A stretch of DNA of 64,000 bases from Hyphomonas sp. GTDB lineage: Bacteria; Pseudomonadota; Alphaproteobacteria; Caulobacterales; Hyphomonadaceae. The notes under the pieces were generated by a model. It ran no database searches. It was not told where the DNA came from and was given only the letters and a program-made list of their open reading frames with translations. Positions 30,426 through 41,152 of this stretch are shown in pieces. The stretch spans positions 1,316 through 65,315 of the forward strand of contig JBKBLD010000013.1 of the NCBI GenBank assembly GCA_046296675.1, read 5' to 3'. Positions within the stretch are counted from its first letter, which is position 1; every line of letters begins with the position of its first letter. The translations under genes were made by a program, and so were the position numbers.

Positions 30426-31973
30426 ATGAGCTGGGAAAAAGCGATCGAGGAACTCCGCCGCCGGGAACGGTTGGCTGAGGAGATGGGGGGAGACGAGCCG
30501 GTGTCGCGCCAGCGCGGACGCGGCAAACTTACCGTTAGGGAAAGAGTCGCCTTCCTGGCCGACCCCGGCAGTTTCCACGAGATCGGCAAGATCGCCGGAA
30601 AGGCGACGTACGGCGCCGATGACGAACTTGCGAGTTTCACGCCGTCGACTTCCGTGACGGGCCGGGCCCGGCTTGACAGCCGCCCCGTGGTCATTCTCGC
30701 GGACGATTTCACGGTGCGCGGCGGCGCCTCGGACGCCTCGATCTGGCAGAAGATGGTCCAGATGATCAAGATGGCGACGGAATACCGGATGCCGCTGGTA
30801 CAGATGATCGATGGCACCGGTGGCGGCGGATCGGTCAAGTCGTTGGAGAAAGATCCGCGCACCTACATTCCTGAGACGCCTGGCTGGAACGAGATTGTTC
30901 ACGGTCTCACACAGGTGCCGTTTGTCTCGCTGGCCCTCGGCCCCTGCGCCGGCATGGGTGCGGGCCGGGTTGCGGCCAGTCACTTCAGCGTCATGGTGAA
31001 AGAACTCTCCCAGGTCTTCGTAGCCGGCCCGCCGGTGGCCATTGCGCTGGGCGAGGATGTCTCCAAGGAAGAGCTCGGCGGCTGGAAGATCCAGGCGCAG
31101 AACGGGACCGTGGACAATGTCGTCGATACCGAGGCGGATGCCTTCATCGCGGCGCGCCGTTTCCTGTCATACCTGCCGCCATCCGTGCACCACCTGCCTG
31201 AACGTGTTCAGCCTGCCGACGATCCGAAACGGAAGGAGGAGAGCCTCCTCTCCCTCGTTCCCAAGGATGGCCGCACGCCTTACAAGCCACGCCGGATCAT
31301 CGAGGCGGCCGTCGACAAGGGCAGCTTCTTCGAGATCGGCCAGTATTGGGGACGCGGGATCGTTACCGGCCTGGCGCGGATCGACGGTTTCGCCGTCGGA
31401 ATCATGGCTGGCGACCCGTTCTTCCTTGACGGAGCCTGGACAGCGGATGTGTGCGACAAGGTCACCCGGCATATGGACCTCTGCTCGACCTTCCACCTGC
31501 CTGTCATCCATTTCGTGGATTGCCCCGGCTTTGCCGTCGGTGTGAAGGCGGAGACTGCAGGTGTGACCCGCGCGGGCGTGCGCGCGATGACGGCTGTCTA
31601 TCAGGCCAGTGTTCCGGTCTGCTCTGTGGTCATCCGCAAGGCTTACGGCCTTGCCGGCTCGGCCATGATGAACCAGTCGAAGACCAAATGGCGTTATTGC
31701 TGGCCAAGCGGCGACTGGGGCTCGCTGCCCATGGCGGGGGGTATCGAGGCTGCCTTCCGCAAGGAGCTTTCCGAAGCGGAGAACCCGAACGAACTGAAGG
31801 CTCAGCTTTACCGGAAGTTCGAGGCGATCCGCTCGCCATTCCGGACGGCCGAAAGTTTCCTTGCGGAGGAAATCATCGATCCGCGCGACACCCGCCCCCT
31901 GCTCGTCGACTTCGTGCAGCATGCTCAGCGGGCGCTGGAGCCGGGCGAAAGGCAGACCGGATTCCGGCCCTGA
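30426..31973 (+). CDS. Acyl-CoA carboxylase, carboxyltransferase subunit
   Basis: GKLTVRER, DDFTVRGG, VFVAGPPV, FVDCPGF, IRKAYG, EIIDPRDTR. Confidence 0.9.
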   Translation: MSWEKAIEELRRRERLAEEMGGDEPVSRQRGRGKLTVRERVAFLADPGSFHEIGKIAGKATYGADDELASFTPSTSVTGRARLDSRPVVILADDFTVRGGASDASIWQKMVQMIKMATEYRMPLVQMIDGTGGGGSVKSLEKDPRTYIPETPGWNEIVHGLTQVPFVSLALGPCAGMGAGRVAASHFSVMVKELSQVFVAGPPVAIALGEDVSKEELGGWKIQAQNGTVDNVVDTEADAFIAARRFLSYLPPSVHHLPERVQPADDPKRKEESLLSLVPKDGRTPYKPRRIIEAAVDKGSFFEIGQYWGRGIVTGLARIDGFAVGIMAGDPFFLDGAWTADVCDKVTRHMDLCSTFHLPVIHFVDCPGFAVGVKAETAGVTRAGVRAMTAVYQASVPVCSVVIRKAYGLAGSAMMNQSKTKWRYCWPSGDWGSLPMAGGIEAAFRKELSEAENPNELKAQLYRKFEAIRSPFRTAESFLAEEIIDPRDTRPLLVDFVQHAQRALEPGERQTGFRP

Positions 31974-32072
31974 CCTGACAACTCATCCTTTTTCGACCGC
32001 GCTTGCGGCATTCTCTTGCCATTTTTCAGGAGAAGGTGCCTTCTGACGCCGGATTCCCGGGAGGACATATCC

Positions 32073-32945
32073 ATGCTGCGTAAACTGGCCATTCTGGCCC
32101 TGCCGATCCTGATGGCCACCGCCTGCGGCGCAGAGCGTGGCTATACCCCACCCATGGCGGCGCCTGCGCCGGAAATGGCGATGAAGCGTTCGGCCGATGC
32201 GGGCGGGTCGAGCGGAGATGGCGGCGCGCCAGGTGTTCAGCAATACATTGCCTACTCCCATTCGGTCGGCATGCGCCTTCCACTCAGAGCCATCGAGCCG
32301 ACCCTGCAGGGGCACGTTGCCGCCTGCAACGCGGCTGGGCCTTCCACGTGCATCGTCACCAATTCAAATCTCTATGCCTATGCCGAAGGTCAGACGTCGG
32401 CCTATCTCAATCTGCGGGCCACACCGGCCTGGATCGAGACCTTCCTGAACAGCGTGGAGGAAGAAGCAGAGGCGGCCAGGGGCGAGATCTCCAACCGGCA
32501 GACATCCGCCGAAGACCTGACCGTATCGATCATCGACACCGACGCCCGCGTTCAGGCGCTGGAGACCCTTCGCGGCCGATTGCAGCAACTTCTGGCCGAC
32601 CGCCCCGGAAATCTCGGCGAGATCCTCGAAACGGAGCGCGAACTGGCGCGCGTCAATGGTGAAATCGACTCTCTGAAATCGACTCTTGCTGCCCTGCGCC
32701 AGCGCGTCGATATGAGCCAGCTCTCTGTCAGCTATGAGACCAAACGCGATGCCGTCACCCAAGGCGGCAATGCCATCGCGCGCGCCTTCGGCGACTTCTT
32801 TGCAAACCTTGCCTCCGCCACCGCAGCCGTGATCACCGCCTTTGCCTTCGGCCTGCCTTGGCTCCTGCTGCTGGGTGTCCTGCTCTGGATCTGGCTGCGC
32901 GCCATCTGGCCCCGCATCCGGAGGAAGAAGAAAGCAGAGGCCTGA
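32073..32945 (+). CDS. DUF4349-domain lipoprotein
   Basis: Lipobox ATAC; EDLT..IDTDAR; coiled coil ERELARVNGEIDSL; C-terminal TM helix. Confidence 0.85.
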   Translation: MLRKLAILALPILMATACGAERGYTPPMAAPAPEMAMKRSADAGGSSGDGGAPGVQQYIAYSHSVGMRLPLRAIEPTLQGHVAACNAAGPSTCIVTNSNLYAYAEGQTSAYLNLRATPAWIETFLNSVEEEAEAARGEISNRQTSAEDLTVSIIDTDARVQALETLRGRLQQLLADRPGNLGEILETERELARVNGEIDSLKSTLAALRQRVDMSQLSVSYETKRDAVTQGGNAIARAFGDFFANLASATAAVITAFAFGLPWLLLLGVLLWIWLRAIWPRIRRKKKAEA

Positions 32946-32962
32946 TCCCCGCCGGGATCAGG
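32941..32962. terminator. Hairpin between convergent DUF4349 gene and gltB
   Basis: CCTGATCCC-cgcc-GGGATCAGG perfect 9-bp stem overlapping both stop codons. Confidence 0.5.
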
Positions 32963-35900
32963 CTTTCTCGACTTCCTTGCGCTTTGCGCCCTCGCCCTTC
33001 CGGGCGAGGAGCATTGCAGCGATTTCCTTCGGCACGATCATCAGCGTCTGGGCAAGGGTTGCCTCCCAGGCATCAAGCAATTCCTTGCCCCGCACCGAAC
33101 CCGTCCGGCGGACATGTTCCTCAAGCAGCGCCTTCGCTTCGCCGGTATGTTCCTCCGGCATGTCAGCCAGTGGATACCAGTCGATCGAGTCGGGATTGGC
33201 GACGCGCTCGAAACGCTGTTGCGGATCCCAGACATAGGCCGCCCCGCCCGTCATCCCGGCGCCGAAATTGTCGCCGACCGGCCCGAGGATGAGCGCGCGC
33301 CCGCCCGTCATGTATTCGCAGCCATTCGCGCCGCACCCTTCCACGACCGCCTTCGCGCCGGAATTTCGGACCGCAAAGCGCACGCCGGCCGTGCCCGCCG
33401 CAAACAGCTTGCCGGAGGTTGCGCCATACAGGCAGGTGTTGCCGATAATCGCGTCCCCGACTGCAGAGCGTCGGTCCCGCGGACGGGGCGTGACCACGAT
33501 GGACGCCCCGGACAGGCCCTTGCCGACATAGTCGTTTGCATCGCCGAGCACTTCCAGCAGCAGGCCCTGCACGCTGAACGCGCCAAGCGACTGGCCTGCT
33601 GAGCCTTCCAGCCGGATATGCAGGCGGCCCTCGGGCAGTGCGTGCATCCCGAACTTGCGCGTGATGCGCGAGCTGGAACGTGCACCAATGGCCCGCATCG
33701 TGTTCTGCACGCCGTATTCCAGCTGCATCTTCTCGCCGCGCTCGAAGAAAGGCTCGGCATCTCGCAGTATCTGGGCGTCGAGCGTATCCTCCACCGGCTC
33801 GCGCCGGTTAGGCTTGTAGACGACCGGACTGTCGGTATCGACCTGGACAAGAAGCGGGTTGAGATCGAGATCGTCGAGGTGGGTCGCGCCGCGGCTGACC
33901 TGCTTCAGAAGGTCGGTACGGCCGATCGCCTCATCGAGCGAGGTGAGGCCGAGCGAGGCGAGGATTTCGCGCACGTCCTCGGCAATGAAGCTCATCAGGT
34001 TGACCACCTTGTCCGGGTTGCCGGTGAAGTGGGCCCGCAGCGCCTCGTCCTGGGTACACACACCGACCGGGCATGTGTTCGAATGGCACTGGCGCACCAT
34101 GATGCACCCCATCGCGACGAGCGAGGCCGTGCCGATCCCGTACTCTTCCGCGCCGAGCATCGCGGCAATGACAATGTCCCGGCCTGTGCGCAGGCCGCCA
34201 TCCGTCCGCAGGGTGATCTTTTCACGGAGGTTGTTGAGTGACAGGATCTGGTGAGCTTCGGCGAGGCCAATCTCCCATGGCAGGCCCGCATATTTGATCG
34301 AGGTCTGCGGGCTCGCGCCAGTACCGCCCACACCGCCGGCGATGAGGATGATATCCGCCTTGGCCTTCGCCACACCGGCCGCAACAGTTCCGACGCCGGA
34401 TTGGGCGACGAGTTTCACACAGACCCGCGCTTCCGGGTTGATCTGTTTGAGGTCATAGATCAGCTGGGCGAGGTCTTCGATCGAATAGATGTCATGGTGC
34501 GGGGGCGGTGAGATCAGCGTCACGCCGGGCGTGGCATGGCGCAGTTTTGCGATCAGTTCGGTCACCTTGAAACCGGGCAGCTGGCCGCCCTCGCCGGGTT
34601 TTGCGCCCTGCGCCACCTTGATCTCGATCTCGCGGCACTCATTGAGATATTCCGCCGTCACACCGAAGCGGCCGGAGGCGATCTGTTTCACCGCCGAGTT
34701 CATGTTGTCGCCATTCGGCAGCGGCCGGTAGCGCGCGCGGTCCTCCCCGCCTTCTCCGGAAACAGACTTTGCCCCGATCCGGTTCATCGCGACATTGAGT
34801 GTTCCGTGCGCCTCTGGTGAGAGGGCGCCGAGCGACATGCCGGGCGTGACGAAGCGCTTACGGATCTCATTGATCGACTGGACCTGGGAGAGCGGCACTT
34901 TCGGACCGGCTGCCTTGAAGTCCAGAAGGTCGCGCAGCTGAAGTGGATCGCGGGCATGTACCGCGTCGACATATTTGCGATAGATCGAATAATCGCCCCG
35001 ATCGCACGCCGCCTGCAGCGTGTGGATAAGGTTTCCGTCCAGCGCATGCGGCTCGTCCGAGGCCCTCAGGCGGTAGAACCCGCCGACCGGGAGAGAGATC
35101 ACATCCTCATCGAATGCCTTCTGATGGCGGACGAGCGCGTTTTCCTCGAGACCGGCCAGGCCAAGGCCGGAGATACGGCTCGACATTCCGGGAAAGTAAT
35201 CCGCGACCAGGGCGCGCGAGAGGCCGAGCGCCTCAAAGTTGTAACCGCCCCGATAGGAAGAGATCACGGAGATGCCCATCTTAGAGATGATCTTGAGGAG
35301 GCCGCCCTCGATCGCTTCCTTGAAATTCTGAACCGCCCGGCCGAGCGAGATGTCGCCCAGAAGTCCCCGGGCATGGCGGTCCGCGATGGCGTCCTGAGCG
35401 AGATAAGCGTTCACACAGGTCGCGCCGACCCCGACAAGAACCGCAAAATAATGCGTGTCAAGACATTCTGCCGATCGTACGGTGATCGAGCAGAAAGTGC
35501 GCAGGCCCTGTGCCACGAGATGCGAATGCACAGCTCCGGTTGCCAGAACCATCGGCACCGCAATCCGGCTTGCCGACTGGTGCTCGTCGGTCAGGATAAT
35601 GTGTTCCCGGCCCGCCCGGACCGCTTCTTCGGCCTCACGGCGGATGCGCTCGAGGGCTGCCTTCAGAGCCGCTCCTTCGGACGTTACTTCCTCGGCATCA
35701 AAGGTGCAGTCGATGATCTCAGTACCGAGGCCAAGGCGTTCGATCAGGCGCTCATACATGCCGGTCGTCAGCACCGGGCTTTCGAGGACGAACACTTCCT
35801 GCTGTGATTTATCCGTATCGAGAACGTTGCCGAGATTCTTGAACCGGGTTCTGAGGCTCATCACCCGGCCTTCCCGCAGCGGGTCGATCGGCGGGTTTGT

Positions 35901-37499
35901 CACCTGGCTGAAATTCTGCCGGAAGAAATGGCTCATCGGGCGATAGGCAAGCGTCAGGACGGCCGGCGCCGTATCATCCCCCATTGACCCGATCGCCTCC
36001 TTGCCGCCTTCGGCCATTGGCGCGAGGATCAGCTCGAGTGTCTCGAGGGTATAGCCTGCCGCCGTCTGCCGGCGGAGAAGCTCTTCCTTGTTGAAAAGGG
36101 CCGGCTCATCTCCCGGGCCGATTTCGGGCTCCAGCTCCGTCACGGCCTGCAGCCACTCCTCATAAGGCGCCTGTCCCGCCAGGAAATCCACGATCTCGCG
36201 GTGGTCATAGAATTTGCCCGTGCCGAGATCGGCCGCGATCATGCCGCCAGCCGGGATCGATCCCCGCCGCGTGATCTCATGATTGCCGAGCGGGCACATG
36301 CCGGTCTCGGAGCCGACCGCAAGGATACCGTCCGCTGTCAGAGCATAGCGCAGCGGGCGCAGCCCGTTCCGGTCGAGACCGGCTACCGCCCAGCGCCCGT
36401 CATAAGCCGCGATCGCCGCCGGGCCGTCCCAGGGCTCCATGACCGAGTTGCAATAGTCGTAAAGAGCCCGGTGCGCCGTTGGCATCACCGAGTCGCGCTT
36501 TGACCATGCCTCCGGGATGAGCATCGCCTTCGCCATCGGTGCGGGCCGGCCAGATTTGCAGAGAAGTTCGAACACCGCGTCCAGTGCGCCGGAATCCGAC
36601 GTGCCATCCGGGATTACGGGCTTCACATCATGCGTGTGATCGCCAAAGACCTCCGAGACCATCCGGATTTCATGGCTCTTCATCCAGTTCTTGTTGCCGC
36701 GCAGCGTGTTGATCTCGCCATTGTGGGCAATCTGGCGGAACGGCTGGGCAAGCGCCCATTGGGGGAAAGTGTTGGTCGAATAGCGTTGGTGATAGATCGC
36801 AAAGGCGGAGACGAAACGCTCATCGCGCAGGTCTAGATAAAAATTGTCGATGTCCTGGGCGAGGAACATGCCCTTGTAGATCAGCGACTTATGGCTGAGC
36901 GAGCAGACATAGAAATGCGGAATGGCGGCCTCGCGCGCCCGGCGCTCAATCCGCCGGCGGCAGATATAGAGGGCCCGCTCCAGCTCTTCCGGCGTGCGGC
37001 TGCGGGCATCGCGGAACATGATCTGTTCAATCGCGGGGCGCGTATCCTTTGCCTTCTGTCCGATGACCGAGACATCGACGGGCGGCTGGCGCCAGCCATA
37101 GATATAGAATCCGGAATTGAGGACTTCCCGCTCGACCAGGGTGCGGGCGGCTTCCTGTGCGCCAAAATCCGTCCGCGGCATGAAGATCTGACCGACGCAG
37201 ATGCGGTCATCGGTCGGGTTGTGTCCGGTCCGGCTGACATGCTCGCGGAAAAAATCCTGCGGAACGTCCAGCCGGATGCCGGCGCCGTCACCGGTCTTGC
37301 CATCGGCATCGACTGCGCCGCGATGCCAGACATTCTTGAGCGCCTTGATGCCCATCTCGACGATCTCTCGGCGCGGCTTGCCATCAAGCGCCACAACAAG
37401 ACCGACACCGCAGGCATCGCGCTCGTCTTCGGGGCTATACGCATTCGCCTCGATCAGACGCCGGCGGTTATCTTCGTATTTCGTTACGTAATCAGACAT
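32958..37499 (-). CDS. gltB: Glutamate synthase large subunit
   Basis: ERDACGVG, HNGEINT, EPWDGPA, KVAQGAKPGEGGQLPG, GANGCEYMTGG. The real start is MSDYV at 37499. Confidence 0.98.
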   Translation of the reverse strand: MSDYVTKYEDNRRRLIEANAYSPEDERDACGVGLVVALDGKPRREIVEMGIKALKNVWHRGAVDADGKTGDGAGIRLDVPQDFFREHVSRTGHNPTDDRICVGQIFMPRTDFGAQEAARTLVEREVLNSGFYIYGWRQPPVDVSVIGQKAKDTRPAIEQIMFRDARSRTPEELERALYICRRRIERRAREAAIPHFYVCSLSHKSLIYKGMFLAQDIDNFYLDLRDERFVSAFAIYHQRYSTNTFPQWALAQPFRQIAHNGEINTLRGNKNWMKSHEIRMVSEVFGDHTHDVKPVIPDGTSDSGALDAVFELLCKSGRPAPMAKAMLIPEAWSKRDSVMPTAHRALYDYCNSVMEPWDGPAAIAAYDGRWAVAGLDRNGLRPLRYALTADGILAVGSETGMCPLGNHEITRRGSIPAGGMIAADLGTGKFYDHREIVDFLAGQAPYEEWLQAVTELEPEIGPGDEPALFNKEELLRRQTAAGYTLETLELILAPMAEGGKEAIGSMGDDTAPAVLTLAYRPMSHFFRQNFSQVTNPPIDPLREGRVMSLRTRFKNLGNVLDTDKSQQEVFVLESPVLTTGMYERLIERLGLGTEIIDCTFDAEEVTSEGAALKAALERIRREAEEAVRAGREHIILTDEHQSASRIAVPMVLATGAVHSHLVAQGLRTFCSITVRSAECLDTHYFAVLVGVGATCVNAYLAQDAIADRHARGLLGDISLGRAVQNFKEAIEGGLLKIISKMGISVISSYRGGYNFEALGLSRALVADYFPGMSSRISGLGLAGLEENALVRHQKAFDEDVISLPVGGFYRLRASDEPHALDGNLIHTLQAACDRGDYSIYRKYVDAVHARDPLQLRDLLDFKAAGPKVPLSQVQSINEIRKRFVTPGMSLGALSPEAHGTLNVAMNRIGAKSVSGEGGEDRARYRPLPNGDNMNSAVKQIASGRFGVTAEYLNECREIEIKVAQGAKPGEGGQLPGFKVTELIAKLRHATPGVTLISPPPHHDIYSIEDLAQLIYDLKQINPEARVCVKLVAQSGVGTVAAGVAKAKADIILIAGGVGGTGASPQTSIKYAGLPWEIGLAEAHQILSLNNLREKITLRTDGGLRTGRDIVIAAMLGAEEYGIGTASLVAMGCIMVRQCHSNTCPVGVCTQDEALRAHFTGNPDKVVNLMSFIAEDVREILASLGLTSLDEAIGRTDLLKQVSRGATHLDDLDLNPLLVQVDTDSPVVYKPNRREPVEDTLDAQILRDAEPFFERGEKMQLEYGVQNTMRAIGARSSSRITRKFGMHALPEGRLHIRLEGSAGQSLGAFSVQGLLLEVLGDANDYVGKGLSGASIVVTPRPRDRRSAVGDAIIGNTCLYGATSGKLFAAGTAGVRFAVRNSGAKAVVEGCGANGCEYMTGGRALILGPVGDNFGAGMTGGAAYVWDPQQRFERVANPDSIDWYPLADMPEEHTGEAKALLEEHVRRTGSVRGKELLDAWEATLAQTLMIVPKEIAAMLLARKGEGAKRKEVEKA

Positions 37500-37504
37500 C
37501 TGAC

Positions 37505-38950
37505 TTACTCCGCCGCCACTTTCGCTGCCGCCTGTGCGGCTTTCATTGCCTGATGCATCGCTTCTGCCGCGTCGCGCCCATCCTTGATCGCCCAGACAAC
37601 GAGCGATGCGCCGCGCACGATATCGCCGGCAGCATAGACACCCGGCAGGCTCGTTTCCATGGTCGCGTAGTCGACGCGCACAGCGCCCCAACGGTTCACG
37701 GTCAACGCCGGCTCGTTGAACAGGGCCGGCAGGTCTTCCGGATCGAAACCCAGCGCCTTGATCACCATGTCGGCCTTCACATCGAAGGTTTCGCCCGTCT
37801 TCACCGGGCTCTGCCGGCCCGAAGCATCCGGCTCGCCAAGCTTCATGCGGCTTGCCCGAACGGCCTTCACCTTGCCGGCTTTTGTATCCAGGATCGCTTC
37901 GGGATTGGCGAGCCATTCGAAGACGACCCCCTCCTCCTCAGCATTCTGAACTTCGCGCTGCGAGCCGGGCATGTTGGCCCGGTCGCGGCGGTAAAGGCAG
38001 GTGACGGATTTTGCGCCCTGGCGGATCGCCGTACGGACACAATCCATCGCGGTATCGCCGCCGCCGATCACGACAACCCGCTTGCCTTCGGCAATGAGCG
38101 CGCCGGATTGAAAATCCTTGACTGTATCGCCGAGGCCGACCCGGTTCGACGCGGTAAGATAATCAAGTGCGGCATGAACGCCGTCGGCGCCTACGCCCGG
38201 GCATTTCAGATCCTTCGCCGCATAGACGCCGGTTGCGATCAGCACCGTGTCATGCGCCTGGCGCAACTCCGGGAGCTGAACATCGGTGCCGACGCGCGTG
38301 TTGAACCGGAAGGTGATGCCGGAAGCCTCGAGATGGCGGATCCGGCGCTCGACGACATGTTTCTCGAGCTTGAAGCCCGGAATACCGTAGATCAGCAGGC
38401 CGCCGCCGCGATCATAGGCGTCATAGACGGTCACCTGATACCCTTTGCGGCGCAGCTGTTCGGCCGCTGCGAGACCGCCGGGACCGGCGCCGATGATGCC
38501 GGCTGACTGCGTGCGTTCGCGCGGCGGCCTGATCGGCTGAATCCAGCCCTGCTCCCAGGCCGTATCGGTGATGTATTTCTCGATAGATCCGATCGTCACC
38601 GTGCCATGGCCGGACTGTTCGATCGTGCAGATGCCTTCGCACAGCCGGTCCTGCGGACAGATGCGGCCACAGATTTCCGGCATGTTGTTGGTCGCTGAGG
38701 ACACGCGCCAGGCCTCTTCCAGCCGGTCCTCGGCAGCCAGCTTCAGCCAGTCGGGTATGTTGTTCTGCAGCGGGCAGCCCTGCTGGCAGAAGGGAACGCC
38801 GCACTGCGAGCACCGGCTGGCCTGAGCCTTTGCCGCGTCCGGAGAGAATTGTGCATAGATTTCATCAAAATCGGCCCCGCGTTCCGCAGCGCCCCGCTTG
38901 GCGGGCATCGCCCGGGAAACCTTCGTGAACTGCAGCATCCGCTCGGCCAT
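37505..38950 (-). CDS. gltD: Glutamate synthase small subunit
   Basis: RCSQCGVPFCQQGCP, GRICPQDRLCE, GGGDTAMDC, GDIVRGASLVVWA. Confidence 0.97.
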   Translation of the reverse strand: MAERMLQFTKVSRAMPAKRGAAERGADFDEIYAQFSPDAAKAQASRCSQCGVPFCQQGCPLQNNIPDWLKLAAEDRLEEAWRVSSATNNMPEICGRICPQDRLCEGICTIEQSGHGTVTIGSIEKYITDTAWEQGWIQPIRPPRERTQSAGIIGAGPGGLAAAEQLRRKGYQVTVYDAYDRGGGLLIYGIPGFKLEKHVVERRIRHLEASGITFRFNTRVGTDVQLPELRQAHDTVLIATGVYAAKDLKCPGVGADGVHAALDYLTASNRVGLGDTVKDFQSGALIAEGKRVVVIGGGDTAMDCVRTAIRQGAKSVTCLYRRDRANMPGSQREVQNAEEEGVVFEWLANPEAILDTKAGKVKAVRASRMKLGEPDASGRQSPVKTGETFDVKADMVIKALGFDPEDLPALFNEPALTVNRWGAVRVDYATMETSLPGVYAAGDIVRGASLVVWAIKDGRDAAEAMHQAMKAAQAAAKVAAE

Positions 38951-39185
38951 CAGCTTATCCTAAATCTGCGTGACAGCCTGCTATAAGCTCCCATTTGGCG
39001 CTCGCAAGCATCCGTTCGCAATATCTATATTGTATTGATATTGATATTCGGTTTTTTTCTGTTTTTTCGCTCTCTGGATCGCCGGGCCGTCTCTACTTGA
39101 TATCGTAATGATACTCATAATTTTTCTGCCCCGTCCCGGCGAACTGCGATAGCCAGAGGCATCAATCCTGCAGGCGCGTCGGGTC

Positions 39186-40043
39186 ATGTCGATACTTCAG
39201 CTCATCATCATAGCGATCGTGCAGGGCATTACCGAATGGCTGCCCATTTCGTCCTCGGCGCATGTATTTCTGGCGTCAGATTTCTTCGGGCTCGTCGGGC
39301 GGGATGAAATCCTGATCAACGCCGCCTCGCACTTCGGCACCCTGATCGCCATGCTCATCTACTTCCGCAAGGATGTGGCGGCGGCGATCGCAGGCGGGGT
39401 TGAACTCGTGGCGGCACCCGTGCGCAAGGCGCCGCTCTCTCGCGGCGGGCACCTCGCGCTCTGCATCCTCATTGCTTCGCCGATCGCCCTGATCGGCTCG
39501 GTTCTCTATGAGCGCCTCGTGCCGGATTCTTTCCATGAAGACATGCGCAACATCTATGTCGTGGCAACCGCAACCATCGTCTTCGGCGCCCTGCTCTGGC
39601 TCGCCGATGTCCGCGGCGGGCGCACGCGCAGGGAAGCCGACATGACCCTGCGCCACGCGTTTCTGATCGGTGCCAGCCAGCTGATTGCCGTGATCATTCC
39701 CGGCACCAGCCGCTCCGGCATCACGATGACGGCCGCCCGCGCGCTCGGCTATGAGCGAACCGAGGCGGCCCGCTTCGCCATGCTGATCGGCGCGCCGATC
39801 CTCGCCGCTGTCAGCGCCTATGGCTTGCTGGGACTGATGACCGAGCCGGCGGCCGGTTCGATGGTGACCCTCACCGACGGGCTGTTCGTCGCCGCGATCG
39901 CTTTCATCTCCGGCTATGCCTCGATCGGCCTGCTCATGATGGTGGTGTCCCGGATGAGCTTCCTGCCCTTCGTGCTTTACCGGATCGCACTGGGCATCGC
40001 ATTGTTTGCAACATCGCCGTTCGTGACCGGCTGGTTTGCCTGA
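39186..40043 (+). CDS. uppP: Undecaprenyl-diphosphate phosphatase
   Basis: QGITEWLPISSSAH and PGTSRSGIT. Confidence 0.96.
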   Translation: MSILQLIIIAIVQGITEWLPISSSAHVFLASDFFGLVGRDEILINAASHFGTLIAMLIYFRKDVAAAIAGGVELVAAPVRKAPLSRGGHLALCILIASPIALIGSVLYERLVPDSFHEDMRNIYVVATATIVFGALLWLADVRGGRTRREADMTLRHAFLIGASQLIAVIIPGTSRSGITMTAARALGYERTEAARFAMLIGAPILAAVSAYGLLGLMTEPAAGSMVTLTDGLFVAAIAFISGYASIGLLMMVVSRMSFLPFVLYRIALGIALFATSPFVTGWFA

Positions 40044-40046
40044 CGC

Positions 40047-41036
40047 TCAGGCCTCGCTGGTCTTGTTGAATTCGCCATAGGGGCGAAAGCGCCACAGATA
40101 GGACGGCACAATCGCCTCAACCGATTCAGGCACATCCACACCAAGGTCGCGGATCGTCAGGGCATCTGGCGCAACGATATTGTCCCGCGTCAGCATCTCG
40201 ATCTGCGAGCCCGTGATGGGCGGCGCGCCGAAAAAGCCCCAAGAGAATGGCGGCACAAACCGCCAGACCGCGCCGGTAATATAGGCAAAGGGGCGAATGA
40301 CGAAGAACGGCACCGGGATCTTGAACCGCCTCCGGTCCGTCATCCGCATGATGATGTCGTAGACATCGTTGAAACTGTAGGTTCGCGGACCGCCGAGTTC
40401 GAATGTCTTGCCAGCAGCCTCCGGCCGGATCACGGCGGCGGCGATCGCCTCGGCCACATCGCCGGCATAGACCGGTTGGAACAGGGTCTTGCCCCCGCCA
40501 ATCGATGGCAGGAAGGGTGCAAACCGGGCGAGATCGGCAAAGCGGTTGAAGAACTGGTCCTCGGGCCCGAAGACGATGGACGGGCGCAGGATCACGGCCG
40601 ACGGTATTGCCTCGCGCACAGCCGCTTCTGCCGCCGCCTTGGTGCGGCCATAGGGCGATTTCGACTGGTCATCAGCGCCGATCGCAGAGATCTGCACAAA
40701 TCGATCGATCCCCTTCTCCGCGGCAATTTCCGCCAGCAGCGCCGCGCCGCCGGCCTGTTCGCCCGCAAAGGTCTGCCGGCCATGTTCAAACAGGATACCG
40801 ACGAGGTTCACAACCGCATCGGCGCCGTCGAGGGCCCGCTCCAGCGAGGCACGGTCGCGGATATTGGCCTGGACGATATCGACCCAGCCCGGCGGTCCGG
40901 CGAGACGGACATCAATGGCAGCATGCACCCGCCGGCAGGCAACCCGCACACGCCAGCCCCGCTCGACCAGCACCCGCGCCGCATAGCGCCCGAGGAAGCC
41001 TGAGCCACCAACCAGAGTCACCAAGCCTTTGCTCAT
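40047..41036 (-). CDS. NDUFA9-like NAD(P)-binding SDR protein
   Basis: GGSGFLGR, VVNLVGIL, YGRTK, RPSIVFGPED, FQPVYAGDVA. Confidence 0.9.
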   Translation of the reverse strand: MSKGLVTLVGGSGFLGRYAARVLVERGWRVRVACRRVHAAIDVRLAGPPGWVDIVQANIRDRASLERALDGADAVVNLVGILFEHGRQTFAGEQAGGAALLAEIAAEKGIDRFVQISAIGADDQSKSPYGRTKAAAEAAVREAIPSAVILRPSIVFGPEDQFFNRFADLARFAPFLPSIGGGKTLFQPVYAGDVAEAIAAAVIRPEAAGKTFELGGPRTYSFNDVYDIIMRMTDRRRFKIPVPFFVIRPFAYITGAVWRFVPPFSWGFFGAPPITGSQIEMLTRDNIVAPDALTIRDLGVDVPESVEAIVPSYLWRFRPYGEFNKTSEA

Positions 41037-41152
41037 CGCCCTCTTTGTCCTGTCTGGCGGCCCGGAGCCGCGAATCCAATCCTGCGCGCCTTTCACCATT
41101 TTGCGCGGGTTCTGTCCATGCGGCCATGACGCCTGCGAGTTCGGGCGAGAAA

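Noticed and set aside
32006-32020. Sigma54 promoter upstream of the DUF4349 lipoprotein
   Set aside because: GG-to-GC spacing is 9 nt instead of the required 10.
37500-37916. N-terminal extension of the gltB ORF overlapping gltD
   Set aside because: Artefact of longest-ORF calling; the real start is MSDYV at 37499, with an SD right after the gltD stop.
41037-41152. tRNA next to the NDUFA9-like gene
   Set aside because: No cloverleaf, no GTTCRA T-loop in proper context, and no CCA.
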